A stretch of 45,565 nucleotides of DNA, from UHGV virus genome UHGV-1357383; one strand, written 5' to 3'. The stretch's first letter is position 1. Each line of letters starts with the position of its first letter. Made by a program: the position numbers and the translations under genes. The stretch is from a virus. A model generated the notes under the pieces. That model saw nothing but the letters and a program-made list of their open reading frames with translations, searched no databases and had not been told where the DNA came from. Positions 25,007 through 33,589 of this stretch are shown here, one piece after another.

Positions 25007-25326
25007 CAGCGCGATGTTCCCTTCGAGTGCTGAGCGTCAAGTTGATCCAGAAGACCTTTCAAGTTTTCGTTAAAAGTTCTTAACTGGTCAATACCCATAA
25101 GGACAGTACATTCTTGGTAAAGTTCATTCCTTGAGCCGATTTGCAAGTTTGCTCTACCTGGTTCCTCTTGGATCTCCTGTTGAGAAACAATCACTGGTAT
25201 AGACTTGTTTTTCAAAAAATGTATGTAGATCATTTTATCGTTAGATGAGCTCACCGGTGAAAAACTTGCAAAGTCAGCAGAGGTCTCAATGAAACTATCC
25301 GAAAGCTTAATATCAATGTTTTGCAT
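25006..25326 (-). CDS. Rex-position protein A: hypothetical protein (106 aa) immediately downstream of cI
   Basis: AAGGA RBS 8 nt upstream. Lies 45 nt after the cI stop on the same strand. AT-rich. Confidence 0.55.
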   Translation of the reverse strand: MQNIDIKLSDSFIETSADFASFSPVSSSNDKMIYIHFLKNKSIPVIVSQQEIQEEPGRANLQIGSRNELYQECTVLMGIDQLRTFNENLKGLLDQLDAQHSKGTSR

Positions 25327-25371
25327 TTTTTTTCCTTAAAATTAGGGTGCATATGCTGCGTTTGATAAAAA

Positions 25372-26094
25372 TTACCCATGCTTCCTGTACGTCTGCGGCA
25401 TGCTGCCGATCACCTTGCCGAACACGAATACCCGGTTCATCTCGTCTTTCTCGATCGGGTCCCATGCTGCGTAGCTCTTGTTATCTGAGATAACTAACAG
25501 CTTGTCCTTCATCTTCTGCAGGCGTTTAACGTGTGCTGTATCGTCGTACAAGAACGCATAAATCCCATCACCGTCAAATCTCTTAACGCTGATATCCACA
25601 AACAGCAAATCTCCTGGCTCAATCGTACCTGACATACTGTCGCCGCGGACGTTGATAATCCTGATGTTCTCAGCTTTGCGCCCATCAAACATATGGTTAG
25701 CCTCAGCTGGCGCATACTCAACGGAACGGAGTATCTCAACGAACTCTTGGTTTATCACCCCTGGACCAGCGCTGACGGCGATATCCAAGAGGTCAATCCT
25801 AAAGATGTCTTTTCGATTGGTTGCCGATCCTGGTTCAATACCATCATCGTCAGCATCGCCAAGCAGGTAGGATGCAGACGTGCCTATGTGAGACGCTAAG
25901 GCCTGAAGCGTTCCCCGTCTTGGTATTGACTCCCCGTTAAACCATTTGCTCACGGCTTTAGGTGTCAACTTCATTCTCTTGGCGATTTCAGCCTGGCGAC
26001 CGTGTGGCATCAATCCAGCTTTATCGCAGGCCAGCGCTAGCCTCAGAGAAAATTCTTTTCGCGCTCTTTCTTCGTGAACCATGTGTTCAATCAT
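25372..26094 (-). CDS. cI: CI-type repressor (N-terminal HTH plus C-terminal S24 LexA-like peptidase)
   Basis: HTH in GRQAEIAKRMKLTPKAVSKWFNGE. S24 catalytic VRGDSMSGTIEPGDLLFVD and the Lys in HVKRL. Confidence 0.85.
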   Translation of the reverse strand: MIEHMVHEERARKEFSLRLALACDKAGLMPHGRQAEIAKRMKLTPKAVSKWFNGESIPRRGTLQALASHIGTSASYLLGDADDDGIEPGSATNRKDIFRIDLLDIAVSAGPGVINQEFVEILRSVEYAPAEANHMFDGRKAENIRIINVRGDSMSGTIEPGDLLFVDISVKRFDGDGIYAFLYDDTAHVKRLQKMKDKLLVISDNKSYAAWDPIEKDEMNRVFVFGKVIGSMPQTYRKHG

Positions 26095-26162
26095 AATATC
26101 ACTTGCGTGAACTATCAGTTCCGACTTAATATGTACTTACAGTTCATTATTGAGGGTTAAAC
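26095..26162. promoter_or_regulatory. oR / divergent pRM-pR region
   Basis: Intergenic region between divergent cI and cro genes. Carries the 21-bp operator-like site TGTACTTACAGTTCATTATTG at 26132-26152. Confidence 0.5.
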
Positions 26163-26390
26163 ATGGCACCTAACAGTCTTGGCGAAATCATCAAAAAGAT
26201 TCGCGTTCCTGTTGTAGCTAAAGCCTGTGGTTGCTCTCCGCGCGCAATTTACAAGTGGATTGCCAACGGAAGCCTGCCGAGAACGGACTACACCGACGAG
26301 ACCAATTACGCAGAAAAAATCGCTCTCGCTTCTGGCGGCCAGTTTACTGCTGCGCAGATCCGGGAAGTCAGCAAGCCTAAAGCCGCCTGA
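26163..26390 (+). CDS. cro: Cro-like HTH repressor (YdaS-type, 75 aa)
   Basis: Divergent from cI. HTH in VVAKACGCSPRAIYKWIANGSLP. Confidence 0.65.
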   Translation: MAPNSLGEIIKKIRVPVVAKACGCSPRAIYKWIANGSLPRTDYTDETNYAEKIALASGGQFTAAQIREVSKPKAA

Positions 26391-26430
26391 CTGGCGGCCA
26401 TTCCAAACAACACCAGAGGAAGTATCACAA

Positions 26431-26652
26431 ATGGAGAGTTCAACGACACGCAACAAAGTGGAGGCTCGCAGGATAGAAAGCTGGTTACACAGCCAGATAG
26501 CTGAACTGGGAACCACGAATATCGCCAAAGTGGCCGGAGTGAATAAGTCGACGGTGAGTCGCTGGCGGGAAAGTCTGCTGCCGAACATGTCGCTGCTGCT
26601 GGCCATCCTGATTTCTAACAGGCCGGGAGAGAAAGGTGATTTTGAAGCATGA
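26431..26652 (+). CDS. cII: CII transcriptional activator homolog (73 aa)
   Basis: RIESWLHSQIAELGTTNIAKVAGVNKSTVSRWRESLLPNMSLLLAIL aligns closely with lambda CII. Confidence 0.8.
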   Translation: MESSTTRNKVEARRIESWLHSQIAELGTTNIAKVAGVNKSTVSRWRESLLPNMSLLLAILISNRPGEKGDFEA

Positions 26653-26737
26653 GTGGGAACAGAAAGGCGAAAGCCGCAGTGCGGGAACACTAACGGCTTT
26701 CTACGCGAATTAACTGGATCAATTCACAGGAGTAATT

Positions 26738-27598
26738 ATGGCAAATACTGCCGAAGTAATCAATTTCCCTGTGCCTGTCGTGGCACTACAGGAGCTGCGC
26801 GTGGCAGATCTCGACGATGGGTTTACGCGCATCGCCAATGAGCTCCTTGAAGCTGTCATGCATGCGGGTTTGTCGCAGCATCAGCTTTTGGTGTTCATGG
26901 CTGTCATGCGCAAAACATACGGCTTCAACAAGAAATCTGACTGGGTTAGTAACGAGCAGATCTCCGTGCTGACCGGCATTCTTCCGCATAAGTGTTCAGC
27001 TGCAAAAAGCGCTCTGGTTAAGCGTGGGATATTAACCCAAACCGGTCGCGTAATCGGGATTAATAAAGCGGTCAGCGAATGGTCATCTTTACCCATAAAA
27101 GGTACAGAAAAGAAACCTTACCTGAAAAAGGTAACATTACCCGAATCAGGTAAGAAAAGTTTACCCGAATTAGGTAACGCCTATTACCCGAATCAGGTAA
27201 ACACAAAAGACAAACATACAAAAGACAATAAAGACAATATTAATAACCCCCCTAAATCCCCCCGGGCGGTTTCGTTCGATGCGTCAGCTGTTCAGTTGCC
27301 TGACTGGCTTTCTGCAGAAATCTGGTCGTCATGGGTGGCATACCGTCGTGACCTGAAAAAGCCGATCAAGTCTCAGCAGACAGTCACCCAGGCTATCAAC
27401 CTGCTGGACCGCTGCCGGCTGAACGGTTACTCCCCTGAAGAAATTATTAACCAGAGCATCGCGAATGGCTGGCAGGGACTCTTTGAGCCGAAAGGCGCCA
27501 GGCCGCAGCGCCGGCAGGAGTCCCGCGTCACTGAGCGGTTCGCTGACAAAGACTACGGAAAAACCGAAATTCCGGACTGGATGAGGGATCAGCAATGA
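26738..27598 (+). CDS. Replication initiator O-like protein (286 aa) with internal ori iterons
   Basis: Position after cII. N-terminal replication-protein-O-like region. Iterons plus an A-rich tract lie inside the gene. Confidence 0.75.
   Translation: MANTAEVINFPVPVVALQELRVADLDDGFTRIANELLEAVMHAGLSQHQLLVFMAVMRKTYGFNKKSDWVSNEQISVLTGILPHKCSAAKSALVKRGILTQTGRVIGINKAVSEWSSLPIKGTEKKPYLKKVTLPESGKKSLPELGNAYYPNQVNTKDKHTKDNKDNINNPPKSPRAVSFDASAVQLPDWLSAEIWSSWVAYRRDLKKPIKSQQTVTQAINLLDRCRLNGYSPEEIINQSIANGWQGLFEPKGARPQRRQESRVTERFADKDYGKTEIPDWMRDQQ
27087..27245. repeat. Origin iterons: five copies of about 18-bp TTACCCGAAtcAGGTAA-like inverted-repeat units followed by an A-rich tract
   Basis: Copies at 27087, 27116, 27136, 27159 and 27182. 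A-rich region at 27203-27245. Confidence 0.6.
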
Positions 27599-28443
27599 AC
27601 CTGGACGAACGAATCACCCTGGTCGAAAAACAGTTGCAGGAGCTGTCACAGCCGGCTCTGGACATCCCAAACACCGAAGTCATTAAGCAGTTAGTGGTCT
27701 GCGAAAAGCACGGAGACTATGAGCAACGCCAGCGCGTATCAACTGGCCTTATCCGTCTGCCAGGGGCACCGACAAGCTGCCCGGGATGCCTGAAAGATGA
27801 GCTCGTTTTCCTGCGAAACGAAAAGGCCAAAACGGATGACAGAACTCGCACTGCGAATGTTGAACGCCTGATGCTTGAGCTCAAGGTCCCGGCCAGGTTC
27901 GAAGCCTGCACGCTGGATAACTACCAGCCGGTGAGCGAAGACGCGGAGTTTGCGCTGAAAGTCTGCCGAGCGTACGCCACCCGCTGGCCAGATCGCCGGA
28001 AGAACGGCGGCGGCCTGGTTATGTGCGGCAAACCCGGCACGGGGAAAAACCACCTGGCCTATGCCATTGCGAAAAGCGTTATCGCAGAGCACCAGAGCCC
28101 GGTTGTGTTCACCACCGCGCTGAAAATCGCCCGGGAGTTTAAATCCACCTGGTCAAAGACGGCGACCCGCTCAGAGGAGGACGTGATCCGCTTCTTCACC
28201 AAGCCGGACCTGCTGATTATCGATGAGGTAGGAATTCAGTTCGGCAGCGAAGCCGAGAAGATGATCATGTTTGAAATCATCAACACCCGCTACGAGCGAC
28301 TGAAGCCGACGATCCTGATCAGCAACCTGCCGAAAGATGAGCTGACGCAGTTTATCGGCGAGCGGGTCATCGACCGCATGAACGACGGCGGCGGCTGCAC
28401 GATTTCGTTTACCTGGGACAGCTATCGGGAGAACCGGTCATGA
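27595..28443 (+). CDS. DnaC/IstB-like helicase loader ATPase (282 aa)
   Basis: Walker A MCGKPGTGKNHLAYAIA and Walker B LLIIDEVG. Overlaps the O gene stop (ATGA). Confidence 0.8.
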   Translation: MNLDERITLVEKQLQELSQPALDIPNTEVIKQLVVCEKHGDYEQRQRVSTGLIRLPGAPTSCPGCLKDELVFLRNEKAKTDDRTRTANVERLMLELKVPARFEACTLDNYQPVSEDAEFALKVCRAYATRWPDRRKNGGGLVMCGKPGTGKNHLAYAIAKSVIAEHQSPVVFTTALKIAREFKSTWSKTATRSEEDVIRFFTKPDLLIIDEVGIQFGSEAEKMIMFEIINTRYERLKPTILISNLPKDELTQFIGERVIDRMNDGGGCTISFTWDSYRENRS

Positions 28444-28742
28444 AAAAGAACTCTGGCAAACAAGCTGTAATCAATTACGTCGGCCAGCATCCTGGCTGCA
28501 GCTTTCAAGATATCCGCCGCGGTACCGGTCTTGACTCTTCAGTGGTCAATTCCTCCCTGTGGCAGATGCACCGTGACGGACAGGTTAAGCGTGAAGGTGA
28601 GTGCAGGAGCTATCGCTACACCCTGATCGACACAACAGCTGTAACCGAAAGCGATCCGTCTGTTCAGTATCGCCAGCGTCCTGGCGGCGTTAACCCAATG
28701 ACCACCCTTTTTAACCAGTGCCTGGCGGGAGTAAGAAAATGA
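28440..28742 (+). CDS. Hypothetical protein, possibly winged-helix (100 aa)
   Basis: ORF with overlapping start and stop in the nin-like region. Confidence 0.45.
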   Translation: MKKNSGKQAVINYVGQHPGCSFQDIRRGTGLDSSVVNSSLWQMHRDGQVKREGECRSYRYTLIDTTAVTESDPSVQYRQRPGGVNPMTTLFNQCLAGVRK

Positions 28743-29161
28743 ACATCGAAACAGTAAACGAGCTCATCGCCTCCCTGGAGAGCGCAGGCGAGCTGTCAAT
28801 CAAAGAGACAAAGGTTATGGCGCTGGCGAAAGCGTACCAGCAGCTGGCTGCGGAGAATGTGGGACTGAAGTCGTTTGGTGACAAGCTGAATGGTATGCAT
28901 AACGCGCTGAATGGAGAAGGAACAGGTATTCAAGGGCGTGCAGAAGTAGCTTGCCAGCAGGTCGCACTGGAAGCAGCAATTGAAGAGTTCGACGCTATTG
29001 AAACCCCCGCCACCGACGCCTTCCTGGCCGGTATTAAGGCTGATGCCATTGATGAAGCCGCGCTAGATCTCGACCGGGTCGATACAGTGGCAAGTACCAG
29101 AGTAATCGGGTTCAAACTCCGTGAGTTTGCCAAGCAGCTGCGCGAGGGGGCCGACAAATGA
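28739..29161 (+). CDS. Hypothetical protein (140 aa)
   Basis: ATG at 28739. The track's earlier start is non-ATG. Confidence 0.45.
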   Translation: MNIETVNELIASLESAGELSIKETKVMALAKAYQQLAAENVGLKSFGDKLNGMHNALNGEGTGIQGRAEVACQQVALEAAIEEFDAIETPATDAFLAGIKADAIDEAALDLDRVDTVASTRVIGFKLREFAKQLREGADK

Positions 29162-29364
29162 GCAACCGCATCCCTAACTTCGGCTGGAACCGCCTGAAAC
29201 TGGCAACGCTCACCTATGAGCAACTGGCTCAACTGGAAGAGAAGGTGAAGTCTGAGCATGCCTGCAAAAACGGCATTCATCTCTTCGACAAAGCCGGTCA
29301 GCGCAAACTCGATGCCCTTAGCTGGGCCGTATACAACAAGCAGAAGGCGGAGCGTGCAGCATGA
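29158..29364 (+). CDS. Hypothetical protein (68 aa)
   Basis: Coupled ORF (ATGA overlap). Confidence 0.4.
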   Translation: MSNRIPNFGWNRLKLATLTYEQLAQLEEKVKSEHACKNGIHLFDKAGQRKLDALSWAVYNKQKAERAA

Positions 29365-29645
29365 CAACTAATATCACCATACTGGTGCAGCGTTTGAAAG
29401 TGGCAGCAAAGAATGGATGTTGCCACACCCTTTTTCCGGATGATTGTCTGGCGCTGGTAGAGGCGCTGGAGAAGGCGCAGCAGCGGATTACTCAGCTGGA
29501 GTCCCGCACCGTGGAGCTGCCAGAGCCATTCAGGTTGGCTAAATCATCGAGCGGATTAACTTACTACTACGCCGACGAGGTCGATGCTGCGCTTACCGCC
29601 GCTGGCATCAAGGTGGAGGCTGAGCGATGCGCAAATCATCAATAG
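29361..29645 (+). CDS. Hypothetical protein (94 aa)
   Basis: Coupled ORF. Confidence 0.4.
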   Translation: MTTNITILVQRLKVAAKNGCCHTLFPDDCLALVEALEKAQQRITQLESRTVELPEPFRLAKSSSGLTYYYADEVDAALTAAGIKVEAERCANHQ

Positions 29646-29806
29646 CAATCTCGATGGCGCTTGCCTCGATAGGTACAGTTTCTTTGGCGTCGGAAAGTAC
29701 CATTTACACACTTCAGCCGCAATCATATCCGGTTTCAAATCTCCATACAGGGAAGGCTGCAGAACGCCGAAACGCCAAACGCCGCAGGAGAGCAAAGAAA
29801 TGACCA
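29627..29806 (+). CDS. Possible small secreted/basic peptide (59 aa, signal-peptide-like N-terminus)
   Basis: ATG with GGAGG RBS. MRKSSIAISMALASIGTVSLA then a basic tail. Not in the ORF track. Confidence 0.25.
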
Positions 29807-30621
29807 AATCAACCATAACCAGAGAGCGCCTGGAAGAAATTGTCAGCGACCCAATGATTAATCAGGGCAGCGAGTTTGCGATGATGGCCTGCATGACGCT
29901 GGCCGCAATGGACAGCAGCGAGTCGGTTGAACTGCCGCTTGACTACCTACAGGGACACAAAGACGGTCTTGAGTGGGCTGCTCAACTGGCGGAAGCCAAC
30001 CACCCTGAAACCGGAGGCTGGCTTTACGATGACCCTATCGAGCTGGCAAAAGCTATTCGCAAAGGCCCAGATAGGTCGCTAGTGCAGCCGGTAGCGGACA
30101 GCGAGCCGGATCGCAATCCTTTGCTGGCGTATGTCGACAGTTATCGTGATATGGCGAAACAAGGCGTTGAGTCAGTCCCAATATGGAGCGTCATTACCGA
30201 CCTCGAGCGAAACATTACTCCGCTCTATCGCCACGCGCAGCCAGCGCCGGTAGTCAGCGCAGACCTGCTTCATGCGGCGGCATCAGCAATTGAAGACCTG
30301 CTTACCACTAAAGACAGGACAGGTGCAGGTGTGTGGTTCGACTTGCCATTCCGGCTCCGCTCGGCGGCTAACGCGCAGTCACCCGGCAGTGAGCCCGCCA
30401 CCGTGCCGGGTAAATGGATTCCGGTAAGCGAGCGGATGCCAGAGCGTGAAGTTGACGTTCAGGTTTACTGCCCAGATAAGAAGGAGCAGATGGTTGCCTA
30501 CCTTGAGCGTAATGAGCTGGAGGGCTATTTCAGGTTCGCAACGTGGAGAACTGGCGACGGTATTTATTGCCAGCCTACCCACTGGATGCCGCTGCCGGCA
30601 GCGCCGCAGGAGGGCAAATGA
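29801..30621 (+). CDS. DUF551-domain protein (273 aa)
   Basis: C-terminal WIPVSERMPE...THWMPLPAAPQ DUF551-like signature. ATG at 29801 with AGGAGAG RBS. Confidence 0.55.
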
Positions 30622-30908
30622 CTATAGCCATCGATCGACTTAAAGAAGTGACAAGGGACTTTGGTCGCAGGCATATCGCCTACCAGATGGCCAGAGAACT
30701 GCTGGAGATTTATAGCGGTAACGGCCCGTTAGTGTGGAATGTGTTGAGCGATTTCCCTCCTGAAGTTAACGGAAAATATCTGGTGATGACCAGCTACGGG
30801 GATATTCGGACCGCCTGCTATGACTGCGAGTCAGGGGAATGGAGGGCTTCAGATGGCACCATTACCGGAGTTATCAAATGGATGGATTTGCCCGCTGCGC
30901 CGCAGTAG
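30618..30908 (+). CDS. DUF551-domain protein (96 aa)
   Basis: C-terminal VIKWMDLPAAPQ is a paralogous ending to the previous gene. Confidence 0.5.
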   Translation: MTIAIDRLKEVTRDFGRRHIAYQMARELLEIYSGNGPLVWNVLSDFPPEVNGKYLVMTSYGDIRTACYDCESGEWRASDGTITGVIKWMDLPAAPQ

Positions 30909-31004
30909 CCAAAGCCATGACCGAGGGAATGCGACAGCACCGCGCTTTCGTGCTGACTTGTTTGCTGGCAAGAGCTAAGCGCAGAACGGCGCAGGAGGTG
31001 AAAG

Positions 31005-31244
31005 GTGAATAAGGTCGAATTGCTTGAGAAGATATCGGCGCTCGCAACTGAATGCCACGCGCTGGCCTGTGAGCTTGATATTGGTGATGAGCGAACCGAA
31101 ATGTTCGAAATCTACGGCGTGCTGCACAACCTCTGTCGCCGCGGCTACGCCAGTCAGGTGGGGCGGCGAATGAATCCGCTGCTCGCTTCCTGCGATGATG
31201 ACGAGGATGAGGAAGATGACGATTGGCATGAGAATGACGACTGA
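31005..31244 (+). CDS. Small protein with strongly acidic C-terminal tail (79 aa)
   Basis: GTG start after AGGAGG. C-terminus CDDDEDEEDDDWHENDD. Confidence 0.4.
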   Translation: MNKVELLEKISALATECHALACELDIGDERTEMFEIYGVLHNLCRRGYASQVGRRMNPLLASCDDDEDEEDDDWHENDD

Positions 31245-31355
31245 TACCTAACTCCCCCGCAGAACGCAAAGCCGCGCAGTTGTAGTGATGCGGAGCAAAG
31301 ATAAATATCAAAGACCATGCTATCGTGTGGTCTTTCTCTTTGAGGGGAGTTGTTT

Positions 31356-31556
31356 ATGACATGTTCTGTGTGTGAAAAGCAGCCAAGGCAGCGGCGTCAA
31401 CCATCTTTAGAGTGCATGAAGTATATTCCTGAAGAACAAGGGGAATACATGAGTCTGAATGGTCGTGGCACTAAGGAAAGCTACTACATTTGTACTGAGT
31501 GTGGACATAAATGGTTGCATGAAACAGGCAATTACGGAATGGGCTGGCAGCCTTAA
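31356..31556 (+). CDS. Zinc-ribbon small protein (66 aa)
   Basis: CSVCE...CTECGH pair of CxxC motifs. Confidence 0.45.
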   Translation: MTCSVCEKQPRQRRQPSLECMKYIPEEQGEYMSLNGRGTKESYYICTECGHKWLHETGNYGMGWQP

Positions 31557-31565
31557 GGTGGACTA

Positions 31566-31823
31566 ATGTCACAGTGGAACATTGCAGCCAAAAGCCAGGA
31601 AGAGCGCGATAAGGTCAATGTTGACCTCGCAGCCTCCGGCGTCGCCTACAAAGAGCGCCTGAACATGCCGGTAGTCGCAGAAGTGGTGGCCAGAGAGCAG
31701 CCTGAACACCTCAGGGACTACTTCATGGAGCGTGTCCGCTACTACCGCGAGCAGAGCATCCAACTCCCCAAGGCATCCGATCCGCGCTATATTGAAATGG
31801 CCGAGCAGAACTCTAAGAAATAG
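31566..31823 (+). CDS. Hypothetical protein (85 aa)
   Basis: ATG ORF in the nin-like region. Confidence 0.4.
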   Translation: MSQWNIAAKSQEERDKVNVDLAASGVAYKERLNMPVVAEVVAREQPEHLRDYFMERVRYYREQSIQLPKASDPRYIEMAEQNSKK

Positions 31824-31842
31824 CCGATTAATCGAGGGTGAA

Positions 31843-32121
31843 ATGAATAAAATTCAATATTTGCTAGTAGGGTACGGGCGTGATGGAGAAATCCATGAAG
31901 ATACAGAATTAAAAAGCAGGTTGACTATTTTTGAATCATCAGTAGGCAGTAATCATCGGCCGCCAAACGCACAATTCAACCGTTCATATGATGTTCATTT
32001 GATTCCAGTAGATGGCAAAGTCTACGCGGTTGGTGTTGGGCGAACTTTACATGGCAATGAGTTGCCTGATTTAATTTCTCTATCTGGTATATCTCCTGTT
32101 CCCAAGGAATTTACCCATTAG
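31843..32121 (+). CDS. Hypothetical protein (92 aa), AT-rich moron-like
   Basis: ATG at 31843 with GAGGG RBS. Local AT-rich composition. Confidence 0.4.
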   Translation: MNKIQYLLVGYGRDGEIHEDTELKSRLTIFESSVGSNHRPPNAQFNRSYDVHLIPVDGKVYAVGVGRTLHGNELPDLISLSGISPVPKEFTH

Positions 32122-32211
32122 TTGTCCATTGATTTATAAGCATCAGCCATCCATAATTACCTCGTCAGCCTGAGCAACTGACGACTTACTTCCGGCGCCA
32201 AGTGGGGACAC

Positions 32212-32808
32212 ATGGCGCAAACACTGCAATTTGAGAAGAGTTATCAAAACGTACTGATTCCCGCAGAGCCGGGAACCAGCGAATACCTGCAACTTATCCC
32301 GGTGGGGCAACTGCTTTGCGGTGAGTTCCGCAAGCCCCGGAATTACGCATTCCACAAGAAGTTTTTCAAGCTCCTGACTCTCGGGTATCACTACTGGACC
32401 CCTTCCGGTGGTCTCATTGATCCCGCGGAGCGTACCCTCATATCCGGGTTTATCGACTTCCTTTCATCCGACTTCGAACAGCGCGCTGCGCTCCAGAACG
32501 CCGCGGAGATGTATCTCTCCTCTGTCGGTATTTCTCGTTCCCGCGATATGGCGCTTCTGAAACACTTCGAATCCTTCCGCGAGTGGGTAACCATTCAGGC
32601 TGGCTTTTACGACGAATACCAGATGCCTGACGGTAGTCGTCGTCGTGTCGCAAAGTCGATCTCTTTCGCCAGCATGGACGATAGCCAGTTTAACGGCGTC
32701 TACAAATCAGTGCTGAATGTGCTCTGGAACTACATTCTGCGTCGCAAATTCCACTCGCCGGCTGAGGCTGAAAATGCCGCCAGTCAGCTGCTGAGCTTTG
32801 CGGGGTGA
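32212..32808 (+). CDS. DUF1367-family protein (198 aa)
   Basis: Sits immediately upstream of the NinG gene, as is common in lambdoid prophages. Confidence 0.55.
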   Translation: MAQTLQFEKSYQNVLIPAEPGTSEYLQLIPVGQLLCGEFRKPRNYAFHKKFFKLLTLGYHYWTPSGGLIDPAERTLISGFIDFLSSDFEQRAALQNAAEMYLSSVGISRSRDMALLKHFESFREWVTIQAGFYDEYQMPDGSRRRVAKSISFASMDDSQFNGVYKSVLNVLWNYILRRKFHSPAEAENAASQLLSFAG

Positions 32809-33452
32809 TGGGTATGCGTAAACCAGCTCGCCGTAAATGCGCCCACTGCCGCGAATGGTTCCATCCTGCCCGGGAAGGGCAGGTGGTGTGCAGTTTTGAA
32901 TGCGCCAGCGCGATCGGCAAAAAACAGACAGCAAAAGCCCGGGAAGCGGCGAAAGCCAGGGCGGTGAAGCGCCAGCGCGAATCCGAGAAGGAGGGGCGCC
33001 AGCGTCGCCGCGCTAAGCGTGAGTCATTCAAGACAAAGGCCCAGTGGGATAAAGAGGCTCAATCAGCCTTTAACCGGTACATTCGCATTCGTGATGAAGG
33101 TAAGCCCTGCGTCAGCTGCGGAAGCCCGCTTATCGGCAAGAGCAACTACCTGACCGGCAGCGCTATTGACGCCAGTCATTACCGTTCCCGTGGCGCAGCG
33201 TCTCACCTGAAATTCAACGTGTTCAACGTCCACTCCGCCTGCACCCGCTGCAACCGCCAGTTGAGCGGCAATGCCGTTGAATACCGCATTCGCCTGATTG
33301 AGCGCATTGGCCTGGATCGCGTAGAGCGCCTTGAGGCTGATAACGAGCCGCGCCGATTCGATATTCCCTACCTGCAGCGCATCAAATCCATATTCACCCG
33401 CAGAGCCCGCGCGCTGGAGAAGCGCCGAGCCCGCCATCAGGAGGCCGCATGA
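32805..33452 (+). CDS. ninG: NinG/Rap-like recombination endonuclease (215 aa)
   Basis: KPARRKCAHCREWFHPA ... CVSCGS ... DASHYRSRG ... RCNRQLSGN aligns with lambda NinG. Confidence 0.8.
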   Translation: MMGMRKPARRKCAHCREWFHPAREGQVVCSFECASAIGKKQTAKAREAAKARAVKRQRESEKEGRQRRRAKRESFKTKAQWDKEAQSAFNRYIRIRDEGKPCVSCGSPLIGKSNYLTGSAIDASHYRSRGAASHLKFNVFNVHSACTRCNRQLSGNAVEYRIRLIERIGLDRVERLEADNEPRRFDIPYLQRIKSIFTRRARALEKRRARHQEAA

Positions 33453-33589
33453 ATCGTGACGTTATCGAACGCATCCGCGACCGCTGGCAAAAGCTCCGTC
33501 TCTGCCGGCACCGCGGCACCGTACTGGTTGACTACCGCATACTGAGAAACTTTGTCCGCATCTATCAGACCCTGGGAGAGACAGCATGA
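33449..33589 (+). CDS. Small coupled ORF (46 aa)
   Basis: ATGA overlaps at both ends. Confidence 0.3.
   Translation: MNRDVIERIRDRWQKLRLCRHRGTVLVDYRILRNFVRIYQTLGETA

Noticed and set aside
26227-26652. 141-aa ORF spanning cro and cII in one frame
   Set aside because: The upstream part overlaps cro in another frame. Only the portion from ATG 26431 (the CII homolog) is supported.
30874-31311. 145-aa minus-strand ORF
   Set aside because: Arg/His/Ala-rich antisense frame overlapping two plus-strand genes with good RBSs.
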